Source: Oscillospiraceae bacterium (GTDB taxonomy: Bacteria; Bacillota; Clostridia; Oscillospirales; CAG-272). Taken from it: a stretch of 64,000 nucleotides of DNA. Position 1 is the stretch's first letter; each line of letters starts with the position of its first letter. Of this stretch, positions 28,591 through 37,360 are shown piece by piece. Made by a program: the position numbers and the translations under genes. The notes below the pieces were generated by a model, which was not told the origin of the DNA, searched no databases, and saw only the letters and a list, made by a program, of their open reading frames with translations. The DNA lies in assembly GCA_015064255.1 (NCBI GenBank), contig SVSP01000002.1:127462-191461 (forward strand), in the 5' to 3' direction.

Positions 28591-28610
28591 AGTAAAAGAA
28601 AGGCAGAGAA

Positions 28611-29354
28611 ATGAAGCAATCTATTTTTATTGTGATTTCCAACCGAAAGGTTGCAAAAAACACATTTGAAATGAAGCTTTCGGGCGATATTTCACATATT
28701 ACTGCACCCGGTCAGTTTGTCAATATTCAGCTTGACGGATTCTATCTCCGCAGACCTATTTCGGTTTGCGATGCAGAAAACGGAGTGCTGACACTTGTAT
28801 ATAAAGTGGTCGGCAAGGGAACGGAAAAGATGGCTGAAATGACAGGCGGAGAAGAGCTTGATATACTTACAGGCCTTGGTAACGGATATGACCTCACAAA
28901 ATGCGGAGATAACCCTCTGCTTGTGGGCGGCGGCGTAGGACTTCCTCCGATGTTTCTGCTCGCAAAAGAGCTTGTAAAAGCGGGTAAAAAGGTTAAGGTC
29001 ATAGCAGGATTCGGAAGCGCAGACGAGGTTTTCTATAAAGAAGAGTTCGAAAATATAGGCGCAGAGTTTACCGTAACCACCGTTGACGGAAGCTGCGGAA
29101 TCAAGGGTTTTGTAACAAACGCTCTTGAAACTGTCGGAGAATATTCCTCAATATGCTCGTGCGGTCCCGAGCCGATGCTCAAAGCGCTTTACAGCGCAAC
29201 AAGCGCTCCCGCGCAGTTCAGCTTTGAGGAACGTATGGGCTGCGGATTCGGCGCTTGTATGGGTTGCTCGTGCAAGACAGTTACAGGATATAAACGTATT
29301 TGCAAGGACGGCCCCGTTCTTTGCAGAGAGGAGATATTATGGGAAAAGCAGTAG
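28611..29354 (+). CDS. pyrK: Dihydroorotate dehydrogenase electron-transfer subunit
   Basis: 247 aa with an FAD/NAD-binding pattern and the C-terminal 2Fe-2S cysteines CGFGACMGCSC. Confidence 0.85.
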   Translation: MKQSIFIVISNRKVAKNTFEMKLSGDISHITAPGQFVNIQLDGFYLRRPISVCDAENGVLTLVYKVVGKGTEKMAEMTGGEELDILTGLGNGYDLTKCGDNPLLVGGGVGLPPMFLLAKELVKAGKKVKVIAGFGSADEVFYKEEFENIGAEFTVTTVDGSCGIKGFVTNALETVGEYSSICSCGPEPMLKALYSATSAPAQFSFEERMGCGFGACMGCSCKTVTGYKRICKDGPVLCREEILWEKQ

Positions 29355-30259
29355 AAACTAAAGTAACGCTTTGCGGAATAGAGCTTGATAATCCCGTGAT
29401 CCCCGCAAGCGGAACGTATGGATTCGGATATGAATTTGCAGAGCTTTACGATATAAATATCCTCGGAACATTCTCGTTCAAGGGAACGACAAAGGATCCG
29501 AGATTCGGAAATCCCACTCCGAGAATCGCAGAATGCCCGATGGGAATGATAAATTCGGTCGGACTTCAGAATCCGGGTGTTGAAAAGGTTATTTCCGAAG
29601 AGCTTCCGAAGCTCAAAAAGTGCTTTAATAAGCCCGTAATGGCTAACGTTTCTGGATTTTCGGTTGAAGAATACGTTTACACCTGCGAAAAGCTCGATAA
29701 ATGCGATCAGGTTGGCTGGCTTGAAGTAAACGTAAGCTGTCCTAACGTTCACGGAGGCGGTATGTCCTTCGGTACGTCACCCGAAGCTGCCGCAGAGGTA
29801 ACACGCGCGGTAAAGGCAGTTACGACGAAGCCTGTTATAATAAAGCTTTCGCCAAACGTCACAGATATTGTTTCGATAGCAAAGGCTTGTGAAGAAGCGG
29901 GTGCGGACGGTATCAGCCTTATAAATACTCTTCTCGGAATGAGGATCGACCTTCGTACCAAAAAGCCTGTAATCGCCAATAAAATGGGCGGATTTTCGGG
30001 AAGCGCGATATTCCCCGTAGCCGTCAGAATGGTTTATCAGGTGGCGGGCGCTGTTAAAATTCCTGTTGTAGGAATGGGCGGTGTTTCGAGTGCCGAGGAC
30101 GTTGTGGAAATGATGCTCGCAGGGGCAACCGCAGTAGAGGTCGGTGCGGCAAACCTTATAAATCCTTACGCTTGCCGCGATATTATAAACGATCTGCCGA
30201 GAGTAATGGAAAAATACGGAATAAAAAATTTAAATGAAATTATAGGAGGAGCACACTAA
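29339..30259 (+). CDS. pyrD: Dihydroorotate dehydrogenase catalytic subunit (class 1B)
   Basis: ORF 29300..30259; the ATG at 29339 (MGKAVETKVTLCGIELDNPVIPASGT) has GAGAGGAG upstream. Overlaps the pyrK end by 16 nt. Confidence 0.9.
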   Translation: MGKAVETKVTLCGIELDNPVIPASGTYGFGYEFAELYDINILGTFSFKGTTKDPRFGNPTPRIAECPMGMINSVGLQNPGVEKVISEELPKLKKCFNKPVMANVSGFSVEEYVYTCEKLDKCDQVGWLEVNVSCPNVHGGGMSFGTSPEAAAEVTRAVKAVTTKPVIIKLSPNVTDIVSIAKACEEAGADGISLINTLLGMRIDLRTKKPVIANKMGGFSGSAIFPVAVRMVYQVAGAVKIPVVGMGGVSSAEDVVEMMLAGATAVEVGAANLINPYACRDIINDLPRVMEKYGIKNLNEIIGGAH

Positions 30260-30957
30260 TGGGAAAGGACGTAATTATTGCGTGCGATTTTGACAGCGCA
30301 GAAAAAACATTCGCATTCCTTGACAAGTTTACAGGCAGAAAGCCTTTTGTTAAGATAGGAATGGAACTTTACTATGCAGAAGGACCTTCGATAGTAAAGG
30401 AAATAAAGAAGAGAGGACACAAGATATTTCTTGACCTCAAGCTTCACGATATTCCCAACACAGTTAAGAAGTCAATGGCTGTTCTTTCAAGACTCGACGT
30501 TGATATGACAAACCTTCACGCAGGCGGAACCATCCGTATGATGGAGGCTGCAATCGAGGGTCTTACAAGAGAAGACGGCACAAGACCGATGCTTATCGCT
30601 GTAACACAGCTCACATCTACCGATCAGGAAAGTATGGAAAATGACCTTCTGATCAAAGAGCCTATCGATAAGGTAGTTATGCACTATGCTCACAATGCAA
30701 AAGTGGCAGGACTTGACGGCGTTGTATGCTCACCCCTTGAAGCAGGCAAGGTACACGATACCTGCGGTAAGGATTTCGTTACGGTTACTCCCGGTGTAAG
30801 ATTTGCAGACGGAGATATCGGCGACCAGAAGAGAGTTATGACTCCCGCAGAAGCTAAGAAGATCGGATCTGACTACATCGTTGTAGGCCGTCCGATAACT
30901 GCTGCCGCTGATCCCGTTGCCGCATACGAAAGATGTATTGCAGAGTTTGTTGACTGA
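30259..30957 (+). CDS. pyrF: Orotidine 5'-phosphate decarboxylase
   Basis: DLKLHDIPNT motif; TAATG overlap with the pyrD stop. Confidence 0.9.
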   Translation: MGKDVIIACDFDSAEKTFAFLDKFTGRKPFVKIGMELYYAEGPSIVKEIKKRGHKIFLDLKLHDIPNTVKKSMAVLSRLDVDMTNLHAGGTIRMMEAAIEGLTREDGTRPMLIAVTQLTSTDQESMENDLLIKEPIDKVVMHYAHNAKVAGLDGVVCSPLEAGKVHDTCGKDFVTVTPGVRFADGDIGDQKRVMTPAEAKKIGSDYIVVGRPITAAADPVAAYERCIAEFVD

Positions 30958-30986
30958 TATAAATTTATATAAAACGTGAGGTTCAT

Positions 30987-31790
30987 ATGAGATATACGTT
31001 TGACCACGACTATCATATTCACTCAAGGCTTTCGACCTGCTCAAGAGTCGAAGCGCAAAATAAGGAGCGCATACTTAAATATGCCCTCGATAACGGACTT
31101 AAGAGAATCTGTGTTACCGATCATTTCTGGGACAGAACTGTTCCGGGAGCGATAGATTGGTACAAACCGCAGGATTTCGAGTGGATATCGCAGATACTTC
31201 CTCTTCCACAGGCGGAAAACGTTGAGTTTATGTTCGGTGCGGAAACCGAAATGACAAAGGATTTCGTAGTCGGAATGGAAAGAGCGACTTACGATAAGCT
31301 TGACTTTATCATTATCCCAACAACGCACCTCAATAATAAGGGCTTCGGACTTTCCGAAAAGGATGCCGAAAGCGTAGAGGGAAGAGCAAAGGTCTGGCTT
31401 GAAAAATTCGACGCGCTTCTTCATATGGATATTCCTTATCACAAGGTAGGCGCGGCTCATCTTGCGTGCGGTCTTATTGCACCCGGCAAGAGAAACGATT
31501 ATCTTGCAATTCTCGATATGCTGCCCGAAAAAGAGCTTACAACACTCTTTACAAGAGCCGCTGATGTCGGAATCGGAATCGAGCTTAACTCAAGCGATAT
31601 GAATTTCAAGGACGAAGAAGCCAAAACCGTGCTTCGTATGTTTGAAATAGCGAAAAAATGCGGATGCAAGTTCTATATGGGAAGTGATGCACACAGCCCT
31701 GCTGACCTTGACCGTGCAAAAGCTATTTTTGAGCGCGCGATAGATTATCTCGAGCTTAAAGAAACAGATAAATTTTATATAGAAAAATAA
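30987..31790 (+). CDS. PHP-domain metal-dependent phosphoesterase (function unknown)
   Basis: N-terminal DYHIHS and C-terminal GSDAHS, typical of the PHP/histidinol-phosphatase superfamily. Embedded between pyrF and pyrE. Confidence 0.6.
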   Translation: MRYTFDHDYHIHSRLSTCSRVEAQNKERILKYALDNGLKRICVTDHFWDRTVPGAIDWYKPQDFEWISQILPLPQAENVEFMFGAETEMTKDFVVGMERATYDKLDFIIIPTTHLNNKGFGLSEKDAESVEGRAKVWLEKFDALLHMDIPYHKVGAAHLACGLIAPGKRNDYLAILDMLPEKELTTLFTRAADVGIGIELNSSDMNFKDEEAKTVLRMFEIAKKCGCKFYMGSDAHSPADLDRAKAIFERAIDYLELKETDKFYIEK

Positions 31791-31818
31791 CAAGATAAAG
31801 AAAGGTTTATTTACAGAT

Positions 31819-32472
31819 ATGGAAAGCTATAAGAGAGAGTTTATACAGTTCCTGCAGGGCGCAGGCGTACTTAAATTCGGTGATTTCACCGCAAAAAGCG
31901 GAAGAAAGATTCCCTATTTTATCAATGCGGGAATGATAAAGACAGGCGACGATATCGCAAAGCTCGGCGAGTTCTATGCGAAGGCATATTTTGAAAAGCT
32001 CGGAGCAAAGAAGGCAGTTCTTTACGGACCTGCATACAAGGGAATATCCCTTGCGGTATCTGCGGCAGTAGCACTTTCAAAGAAAGAGCTTAACGTTCCT
32101 TTCTTCTTCAACCGTAAAGAAGTCAAGGACCACGGCGAAGGCGGCGTATTCGTAGGATACGTTCCCACAGCAGGTGAAGAAGTTGTTATTATCGAAGACG
32201 TTATCACAGCAGGAACAGCTATCCGTGAAAGTATGGAGATCCTTTCGCATCTTGAAGACGTAAAGGTTGCCGCTACCTTCATTATGGTTGACCGTAAAGA
32301 AAAGGGTCAGACCGAAAAGGGCGCTATGCAGGAGATAGAAGAGCAGTTCGGCTTCCCCGTATATTCTATCGTTGACGTTTACGACATTATCGAGTATCTC
32401 GAAGAGGACGAAGCTAACAGAGAGAACGTTGAGAGAATCAAGAACTATCTTGCTGTAAATGGCGCCAAGTAA
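31819..32472 (+). CDS. pyrE: Orotate phosphoribosyltransferase
   Basis: 217 aa with the PRPP-binding motif VVIIEDVITAGTA. Confidence 0.9.
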   Translation: MESYKREFIQFLQGAGVLKFGDFTAKSGRKIPYFINAGMIKTGDDIAKLGEFYAKAYFEKLGAKKAVLYGPAYKGISLAVSAAVALSKKELNVPFFFNRKEVKDHGEGGVFVGYVPTAGEEVVIIEDVITAGTAIRESMEILSHLEDVKVAATFIMVDRKEKGQTEKGAMQEIEEQFGFPVYSIVDVYDIIEYLEEDEANRENVERIKNYLAVNGAK

Positions 32473-32671
32473 GCGCATAAAATAAGCACAAACACAGAAG
32501 GCGCTTACTCACGATTTTGGCTGTGCCAAAATCTCAAAATAAGAATATACGATATTTTTTGCACCTTTTTGCATTTTTTGCTAAGGTGCAAAAGGCGTAT
32601 ATATAAGGAAATGAAAAATATATTTTAATTTGCTTATTTGTGCCGTTTTGGCACGGAAATGGGAGAATAAA

Positions 32672-33595
32672 ATGAGAAGTCTTATTGATATAAAAGATTT
32701 GTCACTTGCCGAGATCGACGAGCTTATCGCGACTGCAGAGGACATAATGGCAAATCCCGAAAAATATGCGGAGGCGTGCAAGGGTAAAAGACTTGCAACA
32801 CTCTTCTTTGAGCCGTCCACGAGAACAAGACTGAGCTTTGAGTCTGCGATGTATCAGCTCGGCGGAAGCGTTCTCGGCTTTTCGGAAGCGCAGAGCAGCT
32901 CAACGGCAAAGGGTGAAAGCCTTTCCGATACCATAAGAACTGTTTCAAATTACGTTAATATAATCGCGATGCGTCATCCCAAGGAGGGTGCGGCTCTTGC
33001 GGCTACGATGCGTTCTGAGGTGCCGATCATAAACGCGGGTGACGGCGGTCATAACCACCCGACACAGACTCTTACCGACCTTATTACGATAAAGCTTGAA
33101 AAGGGCGGCTTCGACGGACTTACCGTCGGTCTTTGCGGCGACCTTAAATTCGGACGTACCGTTCATTCGCTTATTTCGGCGATGTCAAGATACAAGAATG
33201 TAAAATTCGTGCTTATTTCTCCCGAAGAGCTTAAAGTTCCCGACTATATCAGAGATGAAGTTATCATTCCGTCGGGCGCACAGTTTGAGGAAACGACCGA
33301 CCTCGTCGGTTCTATCGACAAGCTTGACATACTCTATATGACGAGAGTTCAGAAGGAGCGTTTCTTTAACGAGGCGGACTATATAAGACTTAAAGATATA
33401 TACATTCTTAATCCCGATAAGCTCGCGAATGCTAAGAAGGATCTTGCTATTCTTCATCCGCTTCCGAGAGTTAACGAAATTTCGGTCGCAGTTGATGATG
33501 ACTCCCGTGCCTGCTATTTCAAGCAGGTAAAATACAGCGTATATATCCGTATGGCTCTTATTCTTATGCTGCTAAAGGAGGCTGAAAGCAAATGA
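32672..33595 (+). CDS. pyrB: Aspartate carbamoyltransferase catalytic subunit
   Basis: ORF 32630..33595; the ATG at 32672 has GGGAG upstream. Motifs STRTR, HPTQ and HPLP. Confidence 0.9.
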   Translation: MRSLIDIKDLSLAEIDELIATAEDIMANPEKYAEACKGKRLATLFFEPSTRTRLSFESAMYQLGGSVLGFSEAQSSSTAKGESLSDTIRTVSNYVNIIAMRHPKEGAALAATMRSEVPIINAGDGGHNHPTQTLTDLITIKLEKGGFDGLTVGLCGDLKFGRTVHSLISAMSRYKNVKFVLISPEELKVPDYIRDEVIIPSGAQFEETTDLVGSIDKLDILYMTRVQKERFFNEADYIRLKDIYILNPDKLANAKKDLAILHPLPRVNEISVAVDDDSRACYFKQVKYSVYIRMALILMLLKEAESK

Positions 33596-34020
33596 TTATA
33601 GGACAGATCAAAAACGGAATAGTTATTGACCATATAAGCGCGGGAAAGGGAATGTATATCTACAACGTTCTCGGTCTTGATAAGCTTGATTGCACGGTTG
33701 CTATGATAAAAAATGCGGACAGTACAAAAATGGGCAAGAAGGATATAATCAAGATAGGTGAAGTGATCGATCTTGATTTTGATCTGCTCGGATTTATCGA
33801 TCCCGGTATTACCGTCAATATGATCGAGAACGGCAGACTTGCAAAGAGGGAAAGACTCACTCTTCCCGAAAGAGTTTCCGGTATTATAAGATGCAAGAAT
33901 CCTCGATGTATTACGTCGGTTGAACCCGAGCTGAAACAGGAATTCAGACTCAGTGACAGCGAAAAAAGAATCTATCGCTGCATCTACTGCGAGCACGCGG
34001 CACAGATAGAAAATATCTGA
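33592..34020 (+). CDS. pyrI: Aspartate carbamoyltransferase regulatory subunit
   Basis: 142 aa with zinc cysteines CKNPRC...YRCIYC. ATGA overlap with pyrB. Confidence 0.85.
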   Translation: MIIGQIKNGIVIDHISAGKGMYIYNVLGLDKLDCTVAMIKNADSTKMGKKDIIKIGEVIDLDFDLLGFIDPGITVNMIENGRLAKRERLTLPERVSGIIRCKNPRCITSVEPELKQEFRLSDSEKRIYRCIYCEHAAQIENI

Positions 34021-34084
34021 ATTTGATTTGCTGTTTTATAACAGTTGACCATATAAATATTAAAATTTTTGTGCAATATCTCTA

Positions 34085-34113
34085 TTGACTTTAGCACTTT
34101 AAAGTGGTAAAAT
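34085..34113 (+). promoter_or_regulatory. Promoter of the his operon
   Basis: TTGACT at 34085-34090, 17-nt spacer, TAAAAT at 34108-34113. Leader of about 35 nt to the hisZ ATG. Confidence 0.55.
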
Positions 34114-34150
34114 CATATCTATCGATCCTACCAGAAAGGCAGAAACAAAT

Positions 34151-35278
34151 ATGAACGGCGGTTTTGCTGCAGATAAGAATATATTTAAAACAGAAGAAAG
34201 AGTGACCTTTGCTCTGCGCGGACTTTACCGTGCATTCGGCTATAAGCCGTATAAAATGAGCAAATTCGAGGAATACGACCTTTACGTGCGCAATAAGGAC
34301 TTCCTTATAAGTGACAGAGTTATCACGTTCACAGGGGAAAGCGGCAAGCTTCTTGCGCTTAAACCCGACGTAACTCTTTCGATAATAAAAAATACTCCCG
34401 AATCTTCCTCGGGTATAAACAAAATATACTATAACGAAACCGTTTACCGTTCATCGGGCGCAAGCGGCTCGAAGGAGTTTTCCGAAATAATGCAGACAGG
34501 TCTTGAATGCTTCGGAAAGCTTGACAGCTACAACGTTTGCGAGGTGATTATGCTTGCCATTCGCAGTCTTGCGACCGTAAGCGACAAATACATACTTGAT
34601 ATTTCTCATATGGGAATACTTTCCGCGCTTCTTGATGAGGCAGGTCTTTCGGGCGAGCTCAGACAGAAGATGCTTCTTTGCATAAGCGAAAAGAACCGTT
34701 CGGGCGTAGCTATCGTATGCGACGAAGCAGGACTCAACGGTGAAATGAGCGAATGCTTTGCAAAGCTCGTTTCGGCATACGGCAAGATAGACGAAGTTGT
34801 TTCGCTCCTCGGAGAGATATGCCGCACACCCAAGGCGCGTGAGGCTCTTGACGAGCTTGTTCTCGTTTGCGAAATGACGAAGAAATGCGGAGTATCCGAA
34901 CACGTTTGGATAGATTTCTCGGTAGTGAACGATATGCGCTATTACAGCGGTATAGTTTTCAGAGGATTTATCGACAATATTCCGACGGGCGTTCTTTCGG
35001 GCGGAAGATATGACAATCTTCTTTCGAAAATGGGACGCGAGGGCGGAGCTATCGGCTTTGCGGTATATCTTGATCTGCTTGAGCGTCTTGACAGAAGCTC
35101 GGCAGACTGCGATGCGGATATTTTCCTTATTTACGGCGAAAATAACTCTCCCGCAGACGTGTTTGCTATGACCGAAAAGCTTACTGCAAACGGCGAAAGT
35201 CTTATGTCGGGCAGAGAAGTTCCCGAAAATATGACGTTTAAGAAGATCGTTGATATGAGAAATGGCGGTGAGGTCTGA
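34151..35278 (+). CDS. hisZ: ATP phosphoribosyltransferase regulatory subunit
   Basis: 375 aa HisRS-like paralog located directly upstream of a short-form hisG. Confidence 0.85.
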   Translation: MNGGFAADKNIFKTEERVTFALRGLYRAFGYKPYKMSKFEEYDLYVRNKDFLISDRVITFTGESGKLLALKPDVTLSIIKNTPESSSGINKIYYNETVYRSSGASGSKEFSEIMQTGLECFGKLDSYNVCEVIMLAIRSLATVSDKYILDISHMGILSALLDEAGLSGELRQKMLLCISEKNRSGVAIVCDEAGLNGEMSECFAKLVSAYGKIDEVVSLLGEICRTPKAREALDELVLVCEMTKKCGVSEHVWIDFSVVNDMRYYSGIVFRGFIDNIPTGVLSGGRYDNLLSKMGREGGAIGFAVYLDLLERLDRSSADCDADIFLIYGENNSPADVFAMTEKLTANGESLMSGREVPENMTFKKIVDMRNGGEV

Positions 35279-35280
35279 TT

Positions 35281-35910
35281 ATGGCTGATTTTGTAAATAT
35301 TGCGCTTCCCAAAGGAAGACTTGGAGAAAAGGTCTATTCTATGTTCGAAGCGGCAGGTTATCCTTGTCCTTCGATCAAAGAAAACAACAGAAAGCTCATA
35401 TACGAAAATCCCGAGGTCGGAGTCAGATATTTTTGGGTAAAGCCGTCCGACGTATCGATATACGTTGAAAGAGGTGCGGCTGATATCGGAGTTGCGGGCA
35501 AGGATATTCTTCTTGAATATACGCCCGACGTTTACGAGCTTCTCGATCTCAAAACAGGCGTGTGCCGTATGATGGTTGCCGCTATGCAGGACTACCGAAG
35601 CGATCCCGATAAAACGCTCCGCGTGGCAACGAAATTCCCGAATATTGCGCGCAGTTACTACGACAGACAGCGCAGAGAGATAGATATTATCACTCTTAAC
35701 GGCTCAATAGAGCTTGCTCCCATTCTCGGACTTTCGGACGTTATCGTTGATATAGTGGAAACGGGAAAAACACTTTATGAAAACAATCTTGCACCGTTTG
35801 AAAAGATAGTTGATATAAGTGCTCGCCTTATTGCAAACAAGGCAAGCTTTAAATTCAAAAATGCGGCGATAGAAGAGATATATTCTTCGCTTGCAAAAAT
35901 CGTAGAGTGA
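35281..35910 (+). CDS. hisG: ATP phosphoribosyltransferase (short form)
   Basis: 209 aa; ALPKGRL N-terminus and DIVETGKTL motif. Confidence 0.9.
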   Translation: MADFVNIALPKGRLGEKVYSMFEAAGYPCPSIKENNRKLIYENPEVGVRYFWVKPSDVSIYVERGAADIGVAGKDILLEYTPDVYELLDLKTGVCRMMVAAMQDYRSDPDKTLRVATKFPNIARSYYDRQRREIDIITLNGSIELAPILGLSDVIVDIVETGKTLYENNLAPFEKIVDISARLIANKASFKFKNAAIEEIYSSLAKIVE

Positions 35911-35922
35911 GAGGGAATATAA

Positions 35923-37197
35923 ATGATAAAAATATTTGAAGATATAAAAAATATAGATAAAACTCTCCTTTTTAACCGTTCGCTTTCGGCATCGGGTGTT
36001 GAGGATATCGTAAGTGATATAATTTCAAACGTGCGCAGCCGCGGCGACGAGGCACTTTTTGAATACACAGAGCGTTTCGACAGAGCAAAGCTGACATCTC
36101 TTGAGGTATCAAAGGAAGAAATCGAAAAGGCTGTCAGCGAGATCGGCGAAGAATTTATGGGAGTTTTGCGCCGTGCGGCTGAAAATATTGAAGCATTCCA
36201 CAAAAGACAGGTAAGAAACAGCTTTATTATAAACGAGAAAAACGGCGTGGTTACCGGACAAAAGGTGATTCCTCTTGCCAAGGTCGGAATTTACGTTCCG
36301 GGTGGCACGGCGGCTTATCCGTCCTCCGTGCTTATGAATGCAATTCCCGCGAAGCTCGCAGGAGTAGGCGAGATCATTATGGTTTCACCCGCAAGCGGAG
36401 GAAAGATTGCTCCCGCTATTCTTGCGGCGGCATACGTGGCAGGAGTTGACCGCGTGTTCGCTCTCGGCGGAGCGCAGGCTGTTGCAGCACTCGCATACGG
36501 AACAAAGAGTGTTCCTATGGTTGACAAGATAGTCGGACCGGGTAACGCGTTTGTTGCAGAGGCGAAGCGTCAGGTTTACGGTCAGGTTGCGATAGATATG
36601 ATCGCAGGGCCGAGCGAAATTCTCGTAATTGCAGATAAAAATTCAAATCCCTCTTACGTTGCCGCCGATATGCTTTCGCAGGCAGAGCACGACAAAAATT
36701 CGACCGCGGTTCTTATTACCGACAGCATTGAGCTTGCTGAAAAGGTTTCGGACGAGCTTGAACGTATGATCCCTCTTCTTCCGAGAGCCGAGATCGCCCG
36801 CGCTTCTGTCGATAACAACGGAAAGATCATCGTTACCGACGATCTCCTCGAAGCGATTGAGCTTTCAAACGATATCGCTCCCGAGCATCTTGAGCTTTGT
36901 CTTGACGATCCTTTTGCTGTTCTTGACCGTGTGAAGAATGCAGGATCGGTATTTATGGGAAGATATTGTCCCGAAGCTCTCGGCGACTACTTCGCAGGAC
37001 CCAATCACACACTTCCCACCAGCGGAACTGCAAGATTCTCAAGCCCTCTTTCTGTTGACGACTTCGTTAAGAAAATGCAGTACACCTACTTCACCAAGGA
37101 AGCGCTCGGCGAGGTTGCAGACGACGTTATGGCTTTTGCCGAAAAAGAAGGTCTCTCCGCACACGCACGCAGCGTAGGAGTACGCAAAGGGACTTAG
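35923..37197 (+). CDS. hisD: Histidinol dehydrogenase
   Basis: 424 aa; QAEHD motif and GDYFAGPNHTLPT. The stop TAG lies inside repeat hairpin 37193-37211. Confidence 0.95.
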   Translation: MIKIFEDIKNIDKTLLFNRSLSASGVEDIVSDIISNVRSRGDEALFEYTERFDRAKLTSLEVSKEEIEKAVSEIGEEFMGVLRRAAENIEAFHKRQVRNSFIINEKNGVVTGQKVIPLAKVGIYVPGGTAAYPSSVLMNAIPAKLAGVGEIIMVSPASGGKIAPAILAAAYVAGVDRVFALGGAQAVAALAYGTKSVPMVDKIVGPGNAFVAEAKRQVYGQVAIDMIAGPSEILVIADKNSNPSYVAADMLSQAEHDKNSTAVLITDSIELAEKVSDELERMIPLLPRAEIARASVDNNGKIIVTDDLLEAIELSNDIAPEHLELCLDDPFAVLDRVKNAGSVFMGRYCPEALGDYFAGPNHTLPTSGTARFSSPLSVDDFVKKMQYTYFTKEALGEVADDVMAFAEKEGLSAHARSVGVRKGT

Positions 37198-37336
37198 GGT
37201 TCTGCCCTAAGAACCCGCCAAAACCCTTTTTGTAAAGAAGGTTAAAACGATTTGCGCGCAAATCGTTTAAGAATTCCCAAAAACTTTACTAAAAGGGGGA
37301 ATTATAATTGTAGGGACAGGCGTCCTCGACTGTCCG
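37193..37336 (+). repeat. Modular hairpin element copy (hp1 + interrupted hp2 + box + hp4)
   Basis: hp1 cttagggttctgccctaag at 37193-37211. hp2 is interrupted by the perfect 24-nt palindrome aaacgatttgcgcgcaaatcgttt at 37245-37268. Box at 37275-37295; hp4 tgtagggacaggcgtcctcgactgtcc at 37309-37335. Confidence 0.85.
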
Positions 37337-37360
37337 CTTGAAGAAATACAGGTTAATATT

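Noticed and set aside
34021-34150. T-box or histidine attenuator leader upstream of hisZ.
   Set aside because: The promoter at 34085-34113 leaves only about 35 nt of leader. There is no specifier or T-box sequence, no His-codon-rich leader peptide and no terminator hairpin.
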